From the NCBI RefSeq assembly GCF_008065095.1, contig NZ_CP042911.1, positions 4,560,001-4,592,000 of the forward strand: a stretch of 32,000 nt of DNA, read 5' to 3'. Below are positions 1-8,440 of this stretch, one piece after another. This stretch comes from Gemmata obscuriglobus. Lineage in GTDB: Bacteria; Planctomycetota; Planctomycetia; Gemmatales; Gemmataceae. Below the pieces are notes generated by a model that ran no database searches, had not been told where the DNA came from, and worked only from the letters and a program-made list of their open reading frames with translations. The stretch's first letter is position 1. The number at the start of each line of letters is the position of its first letter. Made by a program: the position numbers and the translations under genes.

Positions 1-625
1 TGAGAGAATCCAGCAACGTCCCGGCGGCGCGTTCGCCCGCGAGCAGCTCACGCAGTTCCGACAGGAATTGCCCTGGTTCCGGCGGGCGTGCCTCTCGCGT
101 TTCCGCCGCCCGGTGCGCGGCCCAAGCGACCGCCAGCGCGCCGCATTCGGCTTTTGGATCGGTGTGGGTGATGCGCGTTGAAGCGCGCACGAATGATTTG
201 AGGCGCTCGCGATCCGGGCCGAATGCGACCCCGAGAAGTGGCGACCGCATCGCAGGTCCGTTGCCCGCCGAGTGAACCCCACTTCGTTCCGACGACCAGC
301 CCAGCCAGAGTTTCGTACAGGCCCGGATCGTCGCGCGGCCCGTTCCCGCCGGAAGCCCGGCGGCCCACCAGCGGAGCCGGCGGGCGAGGTCGCGCCGGAA
401 CGTATCCGCGTCGCCGCCGGACCGCAGAAGCGCCTGTCCGGTGAGGCAGGCGTGTTCGGTGTCGTCCGAGAACAGCCCGCGCCCGAAGAAGAATTGATGC
501 CGGTGAAGGTGTGGAAAGAGCTTCACCCCGCGGCGCGGGGACAGATTTTCCAGCGGCAGCCCGAGAGCGTCGCCCACGGCGAGCCCGAGCATCGAACCCA
601 CAAATGCGTCGGGCGGGTGGGCCAT
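1..625 (-). CDS. ADP-ribosylglycohydrolase family protein, N-terminal 208 aa (C-terminus lies beyond the left edge)
   Basis: Absent from the ORF track because it is open-ended. The reverse-strand frame from ATG (complement of 623-625) has no stop down to base 2. It reads MAHPPDAFVGSMLGLAVGDALGLPLENLSPRR..GLFSDDTEHACLT..HSAGNGPAMRSPLLG..ITHTDPKAECGA. The GDALG-P-E, SDDTE and AGNG-MR motifs are characteristic of the ARH/DraG family. Confidence 0.75.
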   Translation of the reverse strand, partial: MAHPPDAFVGSMLGLAVGDALGLPLENLSPRRGVKLFPHLHRHQFFFGRGLFSDDTEHACLTGQALLRSGGDADTFRRDLARRLRWWAAGLPAGTGRATIRACTKLWLGWSSERSGVHSAGNGPAMRSPLLGVAFGPDRERLKSFVRASTRITHTDPKAECGALAVAWAAHRAAETREARPPEPGQFLSELRELLAGERAAGTLLDSL

Positions 626-749
626 GTCGGTGCCAGTAAACGACGGGAGTTAGGACTTCCGGTCGAAAGTCGTTAAGTCACAAATTCAGCAATCACAAAA
701 CATTGTGACTTTATGGCTTGCTGACCTGACGACTGGTGACCGGTAATCC

Positions 750-983
750 TTACCGGCCGATCGGGCTGGGCCGGTCGATGTACCCCTTCGGCCCGATCCG
801 GAAATCGTCCTCAGAAACGGCGAGCCGTTCGCGCCCACGCTTCTTCTGCTCTTCGATGCTGTACCGAGAGCCGTCGGGCGCACGAGCGTCCACGGGGGCC
901 ATTTGCCGCGTCTCGAGCGGCCCGGAGAACCGGTTGCACCCCACACAAACCAGCAGCGATAAAACGAGCAGGCGCCGGCGCAT
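750..983 (-). CDS. small secreted protein, possibly a lipoprotein (77 aa)
   Basis: Internal ATG (complement of 981-983) of track ORF 750..1121 gives MRRRLLVLSLLVCVGCNRFSG.., a basic n-region plus hydrophobic core ending in VGC (lipobox-like, not canonical). The upstream part of the track ORF is Arg/Gly-rich and looks non-coding. Confidence 0.45.
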   Translation of the reverse strand: MRRRLLVLSLLVCVGCNRFSGPLETRQMAPVDARAPDGSRYSIEEQKKRGRERLAVSEDDFRIGPKGYIDRPSPIGR

Positions 984-1264
984 CGGGCCACTCCGTCGGG
1001 CGAAGAAGGTCGAATCCGTTCGCACCGTAGTTATCGCCCCGGCCGCAGGCCTGCTCCATGTCAGTCGGCCCGCGCGACCCGAGTTCGGTGCCCCGCCGCC
1101 CTCAAAACCCGCACACGACATGCCGAAGTCCGAGCCGCCCGACTTGTGCGCCTGTAGCCCGACTCATACCATAACCCCTGACCTTCCAGCCGTCACTCAC
1201 CTTTGCCAACCGGTCGGGCACCTTCGCCTCGGGTTGGGTTTACTCCCGGCACGGGGTCGGCACC

Positions 1265-2452
1265 ATGCCCACCAATGCATTGCAGAAATTCACCAAAAAG
1301 TACGACGAGTACCCGGACGACATCTTCGCCGACACCCGGATGTCACTCGGTGATCACATTGAAGAACTCCGCTACCGGATGCTGAACGCCATCAAGTGCC
1401 TGCTGGCGTTCATGGTCATCGGGTTCATGCTGGACTTCGTTGGCTGGACGATCGGCAACCGCAACCTCGGCATCGGGATGCCGATGCTCGACGTCATTAC
1501 CGAACCGGTGAAGCAGCAGACCCGCGACTTCTACTACCGCAAGGCGCTCAAAGACGCCGACGCCAAGCTCGCGCAGCTCACCGACTCGCCGCCCGAAGAG
1601 ATCGCGCGGATCCGTCAGAAACTGAAGGATAATGAGAACAGCCTGGAAGCGCTGAACGCCGACGAGCGGCTCAAATTGCTCGGCGCCCCCGAGGAGATGC
1701 CGGTGTTCATCCCGACATCGGCCCTGGAACCCGCGTTCGGGCCGCGCAAGAAGGAGGCGCCGGACGAACTGGCCGTCAAGCTGAGGGTCTACCCGGCGCA
1801 CATCACCTCGCTGAGTTCAAAGGGCGAAGGGCTTCTGGAAAGCAAGAACTACCTCACCACACTCAGCGCCCAGGAATCGATGGTGGTGTACTTCAAGGTG
1901 TCGATCCTGTGCGGCATCGTGCTCTCGTGCCCGTTCATCTTCTACCAGTTCTGGGCGTTCGTGGGGGCCGGGCTGTACCCGCACGAGAAGCGCTACGTGT
2001 ACCTGTTCTTCGGCCCGAGCGTGGGACTGTTCCTGGCGGGCGTGCTGCTGTGCCAGTTCATCGTGCTGCCGGGAACCGTCAAGGCGCTGCTGCGGTTCAA
2101 CGAGATCCTCGGGTTCGACCCGGACATCCGGCTCAACGAGTGGCTCGGCTTGGCCCTCATCCTGCCGCTGGTGTTCGGGGTGTCGTTCCAAACCCCTCTG
2201 CTGATGGTGTTCCTGAACCGCATCGGGATCTTCACTGCCCAAGACTACCTGACCAAGTGGCGGTACGCGTGCATCATCATCGCGTTCTTCGCGGCGCTGC
2301 TCACCCCGACGCCGGACGTGATTACAATGCTCTACCTGTTCGTCCCGATGTTCGGGCTCTACATGGGCGGCATCCTCGTCTGCCACATGTTCCCAGGTTT
2401 CAAGCCCGACGAAGATTCGGAGTCCGATCCCACCGACGAGGTGGCGGTCTGA
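1265..2452 (+). CDS. tatC: twin-arginine translocase subunit TatC, with an enlarged first periplasmic loop
   Basis: 395-aa ORF. It has the TatC N-terminal signature MSLGDHIEELRYRML, the motifs YFKVS..FIFYQFWAFVGAGLYPHEKR and TPTPDVITML, and six hydrophobic segments. The alternative start at ATG 1340 (MSLGDH) cannot be excluded. Confidence 0.9.
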   Translation: MPTNALQKFTKKYDEYPDDIFADTRMSLGDHIEELRYRMLNAIKCLLAFMVIGFMLDFVGWTIGNRNLGIGMPMLDVITEPVKQQTRDFYYRKALKDADAKLAQLTDSPPEEIARIRQKLKDNENSLEALNADERLKLLGAPEEMPVFIPTSALEPAFGPRKKEAPDELAVKLRVYPAHITSLSSKGEGLLESKNYLTTLSAQESMVVYFKVSILCGIVLSCPFIFYQFWAFVGAGLYPHEKRYVYLFFGPSVGLFLAGVLLCQFIVLPGTVKALLRFNEILGFDPDIRLNEWLGLALILPLVFGVSFQTPLLMVFLNRIGIFTAQDYLTKWRYACIIIAFFAALLTPTPDVITMLYLFVPMFGLYMGGILVCHMFPGFKPDEDSESDPTDEVAV

Positions 2453-2486
2453 GACCGACTCGTGCGGCTGCGAATCGTAATTTGGT

Positions 2487-2544
2487 GAGTGTTCGCGGAG
2501 CGACCACCCTTACAGGCAGGTGACGCGTCGCTCCCCGAACACTC
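2487..2544 (+). other. long hairpin downstream of tatC (18-bp stem, one mismatch, 22-nt loop)
   Basis: 2487-2504 gagtgttcgcggagcgac pairs with 2527-2544 gtcgctccccgaacactc (17 of 18 positions). There is no U-tract after it, so it is not a canonical intrinsic terminator. Confidence 0.35.
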
Positions 2545-2671
2545 GCTCCGTTGGCGTTCAAGGGTTCACATTCAACCGGATGTGCTCTGACCCGATTGCG
2601 GAACGCGGAACTCAACGCCCGTCTTCGTCCGCTATGGTTTTCATTCCGCGTTCCCGATTGTGCATTCTGAA

Positions 2672-4213
2672 ATGACCACCGATCCCGCGCCCCCGCTCGT
2701 TTTCCTCGTCGGCGCCGGTCCGGGCAATCCGGGCTTGATGACCGTCCGCGGCGCTGAAGTGCTGAGCCGCGCCGACCTCGTCTTATACGACCAACTCGTC
2801 CCCGAGCGCCTGCTCGACCTGGCACCGGCGCACGCCGTTCGTATGTGCGTCCGCGACCTGCCCGGGAACCACCCGGACAAGTACCCGCACATCCACAGAA
2901 CGCTGATCGAGACCGCATCGGCCGGGAAAACTGTCGTCCGGCTCAAGGGGGGCGACCCGCTCATCTTCGGCCGCGGCGGTGAAGAAGCGGAAGCGCTTCG
3001 CGCCGCCGGACTGGCCTACGAGATCGTTCCAGGGGTGACCGCAGCATTGGCAGCCGGTGCGTTCCTGGAGATCCCGCTCACGCACCGGATGCACTCGAGC
3101 GCGATCGCGCTCGTGACCGGCCACGAGTTGCCCAACAAGCCGGGGAACAAGCTCGACTGGAAGGCGATCGCGGCGTTCCCCGGGACGCTCGCGATTTACA
3201 TGGGCATCGCGCGGATGCCGGTGATCGCCGCGGAGCTGCTCAAATACGGGAAACCGGCCGACACGCCGGCCGCCATCGTCGAGCGGGCATCGACCGGCGA
3301 TCAGCGGTCCGCCTACGCCACGCTCGGCACCCTCGAAGAGGTCCGCCGTCAGGCGGGGCTCGAGGCCCCGGGGCTCATCATCATCGGCGAGGCCGTGGCG
3401 CAGCGGCCCGAGCACCCGTGGTTCGAGGGGCGCCCGCTGTTCGGTCAGCGCGTCCTGGTCACCCGCCCGGCTCATCAGGCCGGAGGGATGGTTCGCAAGC
3501 TCGAACACCTCGGCGCGGTGGTGTCGCGCCTGCCCGCGGTCGAAATCCGCGATGTGGACAACTTCGCGTCAGTGGACCGGGCGCTCGGTCAACTCCGACA
3601 CGGCGAATGGGACTGGTTGGTTTTCACCAGCGCAAACGGGGTCCACGCCCTGCTCCGTCGCCTCGACACCATCGGCCGCGACCTCCGCGATTTGGGCGGT
3701 GTGAAACTGGCGGCCATCGGCCCGAAGACCGCAGAATCGCTCCGCGAGTACCGACTCCGTGCCGACGTGGTGCCGGACACCACGTTCTCGTCCGAAGGAC
3801 TGGCGGGGGCGTTGAAACCGCACGTCGCTGGCCAGCGGGTGCTGCTCGCTCGCGCGAACCGCGGTCGCGAACTGCTCCGCACGGAGCTGGCGAAAGTTGC
3901 GACAGTCGAACAGGTTACGGTGTACGATCAGGTCGATGTCACCGCCCCGGAAGGGGCCGTCCTCGACGCGCTCCGGCGCGGGGAGATTCGGTTCGTAACA
4001 CTGCCGAGTTCGAGCATCGCCAAAGGTGTGTTGGCTGCGTTTGACGAGACGATCAACGGCCGGGTCGAGCGCGGGGAAATTAAGCTGATCGTTATCAGCC
4101 CTGAAACCGGAAAGGCGGTCCGCGCACTCGGATACCCGGTCGCAGCCGAAGCCACGACGTTCACCGAGGACGGGCTGATTGAGGCTGTTCTGGCGCTCGC
4201 GCGCCAGAAATGA
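2672..4213 (+). CDS. cobA: bifunctional uroporphyrinogen-III C-methyltransferase / uroporphyrinogen-III synthase (CobA-HemD fusion)
   Basis: The N-terminal half has the tetrapyrrole methylase motifs VFLVGAGPGNPGLMTVRGAEVLSRADLVLYD and VVRLKGGDPLIFGRGGEE. The C-terminal half (from about LFGQRVLVTRP) is HemD-like (VLVTRP, WLVFTSANGV). I prefer the ATG at 2672; the track start at 2660 is a GTG. Confidence 0.9.
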   Translation: MTTDPAPPLVFLVGAGPGNPGLMTVRGAEVLSRADLVLYDQLVPERLLDLAPAHAVRMCVRDLPGNHPDKYPHIHRTLIETASAGKTVVRLKGGDPLIFGRGGEEAEALRAAGLAYEIVPGVTAALAAGAFLEIPLTHRMHSSAIALVTGHELPNKPGNKLDWKAIAAFPGTLAIYMGIARMPVIAAELLKYGKPADTPAAIVERASTGDQRSAYATLGTLEEVRRQAGLEAPGLIIIGEAVAQRPEHPWFEGRPLFGQRVLVTRPAHQAGGMVRKLEHLGAVVSRLPAVEIRDVDNFASVDRALGQLRHGEWDWLVFTSANGVHALLRRLDTIGRDLRDLGGVKLAAIGPKTAESLREYRLRADVVPDTTFSSEGLAGALKPHVAGQRVLLARANRGRELLRTELAKVATVEQVTVYDQVDVTAPEGAVLDALRRGEIRFVTLPSSSIAKGVLAAFDETINGRVERGEIKLIVISPETGKAVRALGYPVAAEATTFTEDGLIEAVLALARQK

Positions 4214-4240
4214 CCACGACAGACGGTGCGGGTAGTGGGG

Positions 4241-4483
4241 CTATTTCAAGTCGCGTGAAGCGTTGAAGCCGAGATAGATGACGATGGCGGCACCGATGAA
4301 GCCGAACACATCGACCACGACAAACGGGTTCTCGCCGCCCCCGCCGCCGAATGGCACGCCGGCCACCAAATCGAGCACGAAAACCAGTGCCATGAGGGCA
4401 CCGACGCCGAGCGCCCCGTAGCAGAGTGCTTTGTCCATTGCCCGACCTTTCCGCGACCCGCGGCCGAGTTCTAGCGTGCTCAT
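4241..4483 (-). CDS. small two-TM membrane protein (80 aa, or 65 aa from ATG 4438)
   Basis: The C-terminal part of track ORF 4241..4801 reads MDKALCYGALGVGALMALVFVLDLVAGVPFGGGGGENPFVVVDVFGFIGAAIVIYLGFNASRDLK. This is two hydrophobic helices joined by a Gly-rich turn. The upstream 100 aa of the track ORF is Arg-rich and looks non-coding. Confidence 0.5.
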   Translation of the reverse strand: MSTLELGRGSRKGRAMDKALCYGALGVGALMALVFVLDLVAGVPFGGGGGENPFVVVDVFGFIGAAIVIYLGFNASRDLK

Positions 4484-5222
4484 GACGACTAACCCCGTGT
4501 TGGCCGTCAGGATAGAAACAGGTGCCGGGATCGGACACCGTAGGGGTCCGGAGTGCTGGTAATCTACTTGCGCCACGCGGGACCGCAACAAACCCCGTGC
4601 GGTCCTGCGCAGACACTTTCCACCGGGCTCGGCGCGAACCGCACAACCCGCACCGCCGCCGGCCATCTTGTGAATGGGCGCAACGCTCCGGACTCGAATC
4701 GCCACCAACGCCCAACGTCCCCACCGCTTCATGAACTCGGTTGAGACGTTTTTGGGGAACTGTCGGTGCTGTGAGTAACTCAAAGGCTCTGTGACTGTCA
4801 CCTCCAGAAGTAGCCTGCGAACTCGGCAGTTACATGTGAGACGGCTGAAGAAACCGGGCGAGATCGCAAAACTCCTCTGCGGCGTTGCTGCTGGAATGCC
4901 CAGTTGTTAGCGGCTTGTGCGTTCGCTTTTCAGCGATTTTACACACTCATTTAAACGGGTAGCAGCGATCATCCGAGATGCAGCCCGCACATTGTAAAAG
5001 ACGATAAGGGAGTTCGGTCTACTGCTTAACAACAGGGCAAACGGTAAAGCGTTTGTGGCACCCGGCCCGACAATGTGTCTCTTTTGTGACACCTCAACAT
5101 CATCCGCTTTTCCCACTGGAAAAGCGCGATTCCGACTTGTTCTCTCGTCTCATTAGGGTATTTTCATAGTCGGGGCTGACTCACCCCACTCTCATCTCTC
5201 TTCTGGTTTGAGGTCCGATACC

Positions 5223-6167
5223 ATGTCTCTCCGGTCGTTGCGCTCACGGCGTGGTTTCACGCTGATTGAGCTGTTGGTGGTTATTGCTATCATTGCGATC
5301 CTGATCGGGCTTTTGTTGCCGGCCGTCCAGAAAGTTCGATCTGCTGCGGCCCGGATGCAGAGCACTAACAACGTCAAGCAGATCGCCCTCTCCGTCCACA
5401 GCTACCACGACGCGATGTCCTCGGTCCCGCCGCTGGCGGACGTGGTGGCCGCCGGCAAGAACTACGCCTCGGGCTACTACTTCCTGCTGCCTTATCTCGA
5501 GCAGTCGCCCCTCTACACCATGGGCCAGACCAACGGCGGCGTGTGGGAAGGGAGCCCGAACAACGCCGGCACGGTGAAGCTCAAGATGTTCATCTCCCCG
5601 CGCGACCCCTCGAACCCGATCGATGTCTGGAAGGAATCGAACGGCGGCACGTGGGGGATCTCGAACTACGGGATGAACCACGCCATCTTCGGCGTCCCTT
5701 GTAGCGGCAACACCGTGTCCAAGATGACCCTCGTGGGGATCACCGACGGCACCTCGAACACGGTCGGGTTCGCGGAACAGTACGGCAAGTGCGGGCTCGG
5801 CGAGCCGGACGCCACCTCGGGCGCGTCCCCGAACAACTACTTCCACAAGCTGTGGGCGTACCGCACCCCGTGGCGCTGGGAGCGCGGGCCGTACTTCGAC
5901 ACCCGCCTGATGAGCAGCGGGATGCAGGGCACGTCGCAGGGGGACTACTCGGCCTGCACCCCGATCACCACCTCGACCGCCGCCGTGCCGCAAAACGTTC
6001 CGACCCCGGCCGCGTGTAACCCGTACTTCGTCCAGGCGATGGACGCCGCCGGGTGCGTTGTGGGCATGATGGACGGCAGCGTCCGGACGGTCCCGTCGTC
6101 CGTGAGCCCGACGACCTGGGTCCGGGCGCTGTGGCCCAAGGACGGCTTGGTCCTGGGCGACTGGTAA
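5223..6167 (+). CDS. DUF1559 protein with prepilin-type N-terminal cleavage/methylation leader (paralogue 1)
   Basis: [50 protein letters not shown] is a type IV pilin-like leader ([10 protein letters not shown]) followed by the conserved LLPAVQ box. The middle has ITDGTSNT and the C-terminus ends in [10 protein letters not shown] prefer the ATG at 5223 over the track TTG at 5208. Confidence 0.9.
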   Translation: MSLRSLRSRRGFTLIELLVVIAIIAILIGLLLPAVQKVRSAAARMQSTNNVKQIALSVHSYHDAMSSVPPLADVVAAGKNYASGYYFLLPYLEQSPLYTMGQTNGGVWEGSPNNAGTVKLKMFISPRDPSNPIDVWKESNGGTWGISNYGMNHAIFGVPCSGNTVSKMTLVGITDGTSNTVGFAEQYGKCGLGEPDATSGASPNNYFHKLWAYRTPWRWERGPYFDTRLMSSGMQGTSQGDYSACTPITTSTAAVPQNVPTPAACNPYFVQAMDAAGCVVGMMDGSVRTVPSSVSPTTWVRALWPKDGLVLGDW

Positions 6168-6176
6168 CGTTCCATC

Positions 6177-6205
6177 GGCCCCGCCCGATCGTACCGGGCG
6201 GGGCC
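6177..6205 (+). other. GC-rich intercistronic hairpin (11-bp stem, 7-nt loop)
   Basis: ggccccgcccg (6177-6187) and cgggcggggcc (6195-6205) are perfectly complementary. The hairpin sits 10 nt after the DUF1559 stop and is followed by accctttcc. It may be an attenuator or an mRNA-stabilising structure. Confidence 0.35.
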
Positions 6206-6239
6206 ACCCTTTCCGCTCTCTCCCCCGAGTGACTCCTCC

Positions 6240-6644
6240 ATGCCCCATATTGTTTTGCGACTCGGTTTCGCGTGCCTGCTGGGATCAGCCCTGCTCGGCT
6301 GCTCGCAGGGGGTGAAGAAAATCACCGTCAACGGGACGGTCACCTACAAGGGCCAACCCCTCGAATCCGGTATCCTCCAGTTCGTCGGCGCCGACGGCGC
6401 CTACTCGGCCGCGGTGGTTCAGCCGGGCGGCAAGTTCATCATGACCGACGTGGTCCCCGGTGACATCAAGGTGGGCGTTCAGTCCTCGCCCGGCGGCAGC
6501 GGGTCGTCGGACCCGAAGGCCGCGGCGGCACCGAAAGGCCCGACCCCGGCCACGATCCCGGAGAAGTACCGGAACCCCGAGACGTCCGGGCTCAAGTACA
6601 CCGTCACCCCGAGCACCGATACTCTCGAAATCAAGCTCGACTGA
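6240..6644 (+). CDS. lipoprotein with carboxypeptidase-regulatory-like beta-sandwich domain (a common DUF1559 neighbour)
   Basis: MPHIVLRLGFACLLGSALLGCSQG has the lipobox LLGC. ITVNGTVTYKGQPLESGILQFV..GKFIMTDVVPGDIKVGV is CarboxypepD_reg-like. The tail IPEKYRNPETSGLKYTVTP..LEIKL is typical of this planctomycete family. Confidence 0.75.
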   Translation: MPHIVLRLGFACLLGSALLGCSQGVKKITVNGTVTYKGQPLESGILQFVGADGAYSAAVVQPGGKFIMTDVVPGDIKVGVQSSPGGSGSSDPKAAAAPKGPTPATIPEKYRNPETSGLKYTVTPSTDTLEIKLD

Positions 6645-6744
6645 TGCGGGCCGCGCGCCGCCGCGGCGCAACCTCATCTGCCCGAGCCGGGCGGTTTCCG
6701 GTAGTGTGAAGAGAAGTCTCTCACTCTGCCGGGAACCAACTCCG

Positions 6745-8313
6745 ATGGCCGTTCCGATCAGTGACTTCGCGGTCCACCTGCGTGCCCAGGACAACGTCGC
6801 GGTGGCGCGCAAGCCGATCCCTGCCAACACCACCTTCCTATTCGACTCCGGCACCTTCACCCTCCCGAAGGGCATCGGGATGGGCCACAAGTTCGCGCTC
6901 GTGGCGATCAAGGAAGGCGACCCGATTCGCAAGTACGGCCAGGTGATCGGGTTCGCCGGCCGGGCGATCGCCCCGGGCGAGCACGTTCACGTTCACAACG
7001 TCAGCGCCGGCGCGTTCGAGCGCGACTACGCCTACGCGAGCCAGATCCCGGCCCCGCTCCCGCCGCCGGCCGAGTACCGCACGTTCATGGGATACGACCG
7101 CGGGCCGGGCAAGCCCGACCACCAGCGGTACGGCACCCGCAACTACCTCGCGGTCATCAGCACCGTCAACTGCTCGGCCAGCACCAGCAAGTACATCGCC
7201 GACCGGGTCCGCCAGCTCGGGCTGCTGAAGGACTACCCGAACGTGGACGGCGTCATCGCGATCGTCCACCGGCAGGGCTGCGGGATGCAGTTCGACGGCC
7301 CCGACCACCAGCAGCTCGACCGGACGCTGGCCGGCTTCGCCCGGCACCCGAACGTGGCGTCGTACCTGCTCGTGGGGCTCGGCTGCGAGATCGTTCAGGC
7401 GTCGCACCTCATTAACAACGAGCGCCTCGACCTGCTGCAACTGGACGGCTCGAAGGGCGCCCCGCTGGCGCTGTCGATCCAGGAGTGCGGCGGGATCGGC
7501 AAAACGGTCGAAGCCGGGGTGAAGGCCGTCGCCGAGATGCTCCCGCGGGTGAACGACGTGCGCCGCGTCCAGCTCCCCGCCAAGCACCTGATCCTGGGGA
7601 CCAACTGCGGCGGCTCGGACGGGAACAGCGGCGTCACCGCGAACCCCGCGCTGGGCGTGGCCAGCGACCTGATGGTGCAACAGGGCGGGGCCAGCGTCCT
7701 GGGCGAAACGACCGAGATCTACGGGGCCGAACACATCCTCACCCGCCGGGCGGTGTCGAAGGAGGTGGGGGAGAAGCTGGTCGAGCGGATCAAGTGGTGG
7801 GAGTGGTACACGTCCATGTTCGGGGCGGAGATCAACAACAACCCCTCCCCCGGCAACAAGGAGGGCGGGCTCACCACCATTTACGAGAAATCGCTGGGGG
7901 CCATCGCCAAGGCGGGCACGACCGCGATGGTCGACGTGTACCGCTACGCCGAGCCGGTCACGGCGAAGGGGTTCGTGGTGATGGACACGCCCGGGTACGA
8001 CCCGGTGAGCATGACGGGGATCGTGGCGGGCGGGGCGAACGTGTGCGTGTTCACCACCGGGCGCGGCAGCGTGTTCGGGTGCAAGCCGGCGCCGTGCGTA
8101 AAAGTCGCGACCAACACGCCGCTGTACACGCACATGATCGGCGACATGGACATCGACGCCGGCAAGGTGCTCACCGGCACGTCCGTCGAGGCGGTGGGGC
8201 AAGAGATCTTCGAAAAGGTGCTGTCGGTGGCCAGCGGCGAGCGCACGAAGAGCGAGCTGAACGGCGTGGGCGAGGAGGAGTTCGCCCCGTGGTCGATCGG
8301 CCCGACGCTGTAA
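6745..8313 (+). CDS. uxaA: UxaA-family hydro-lyase (altronate/galactarate dehydratase-like) with N-terminal SAF domain
   Basis: From ATG 6745 the protein reads MAVPISDFAVHLRAQDNVAVARKPI..GHKFALVAIKEGDPIRKYGQVIGFA..GEHVHVHN (SAF domain). It continues with RNYLAVISTVNCSAS, NCGGSDGNSG and VFTTGRGS, the blocks of the UxaA family. The track start at 6460 adds 95 Arg/Pro-rich residues that overlap the preceding gene. The symbol is tentative because substrate specificity cannot be read from sequence. Confidence 0.85.
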   Translation: MAVPISDFAVHLRAQDNVAVARKPIPANTTFLFDSGTFTLPKGIGMGHKFALVAIKEGDPIRKYGQVIGFAGRAIAPGEHVHVHNVSAGAFERDYAYASQIPAPLPPPAEYRTFMGYDRGPGKPDHQRYGTRNYLAVISTVNCSASTSKYIADRVRQLGLLKDYPNVDGVIAIVHRQGCGMQFDGPDHQQLDRTLAGFARHPNVASYLLVGLGCEIVQASHLINNERLDLLQLDGSKGAPLALSIQECGGIGKTVEAGVKAVAEMLPRVNDVRRVQLPAKHLILGTNCGGSDGNSGVTANPALGVASDLMVQQGGASVLGETTEIYGAEHILTRRAVSKEVGEKLVERIKWWEWYTSMFGAEINNNPSPGNKEGGLTTIYEKSLGAIAKAGTTAMVDVYRYAEPVTAKGFVVMDTPGYDPVSMTGIVAGGANVCVFTTGRGSVFGCKPAPCVKVATNTPLYTHMIGDMDIDAGKVLTGTSVEAVGQEIFEKVLSVASGERTKSELNGVGEEEFAPWSIGPTL

Positions 8314-8440
8314 TTCGCGTGTGGTGCCGGGGGCGCGGCGGTTCCAGTTTTCCGGAACGGCCTTGCTCCCGGCGTGCCAGGTGTTCTAATTGAAGCACCC
8401 GCCTCGCTCCTACCACCGCCCCGCTCTTCAAGGTCCGCTC

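Noticed and set aside
272-676. Plus-strand ORFs 223..444 and 272..676, and minus-strand ORF 48..368, at the left edge
   Set aside because: They overlap the open-ended minus-strand ADP-ribosylglycohydrolase frame, which has clear family motifs. Their own translations are Arg/Pro/Gly-rich.
2545-2671. Cobalamin riboswitch upstream of cobA-hemD
   Set aside because: I could not find a B12-box-like element or the expected multi-stem architecture by eye. Only two simple hairpins are present. I left this as a low-interest finding that needs cmsearch rather than calling it a feature.
4907-5116. 69-aa minus-strand ORF in the long intergenic region
   Set aside because: It has low GC3 compared with real genes here, and no signal peptide, TM segment or motif. 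It is probably non-coding, though a small protein cannot be excluded without expression data.
5172-5179. GGGGCTGA, the classic 5-prime end of tmRNA
   Set aside because: A tmRNA of about 350 nt would have to overlap the strongly supported DUF1559 CDS starting at 5223. No tRNA-like 3-prime end (GGTTCGAnTCC...CCA) follows.
6460-6744. Track N-terminal extensions: UxaA from 6460, DUF1559-2 from 20347, DUF1559-3 from 21899, SBP5 from 14543, purB from 15774, BSP from 28549, DUF1398 from 26906
   Set aside because: The extensions are Arg/Pro-rich or otherwise non-protein-like. Some overlap upstream genes. In each case they precede an internal ATG that starts a recognisable signal peptide, pilin leader or conserved N-terminus, often with an SD-like motif.
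5244-8202. Long minus-strand ORFs 5244..6248 (334 aa) and 6838..8202 (454 aa), and the plus-strand ORF 7485..8393
   Set aside because: They are antisense or off-frame to well-supported DUF1559 and UxaA genes. Their composition is dominated by R/G/P/H/D runs and they have no recognisable domains.
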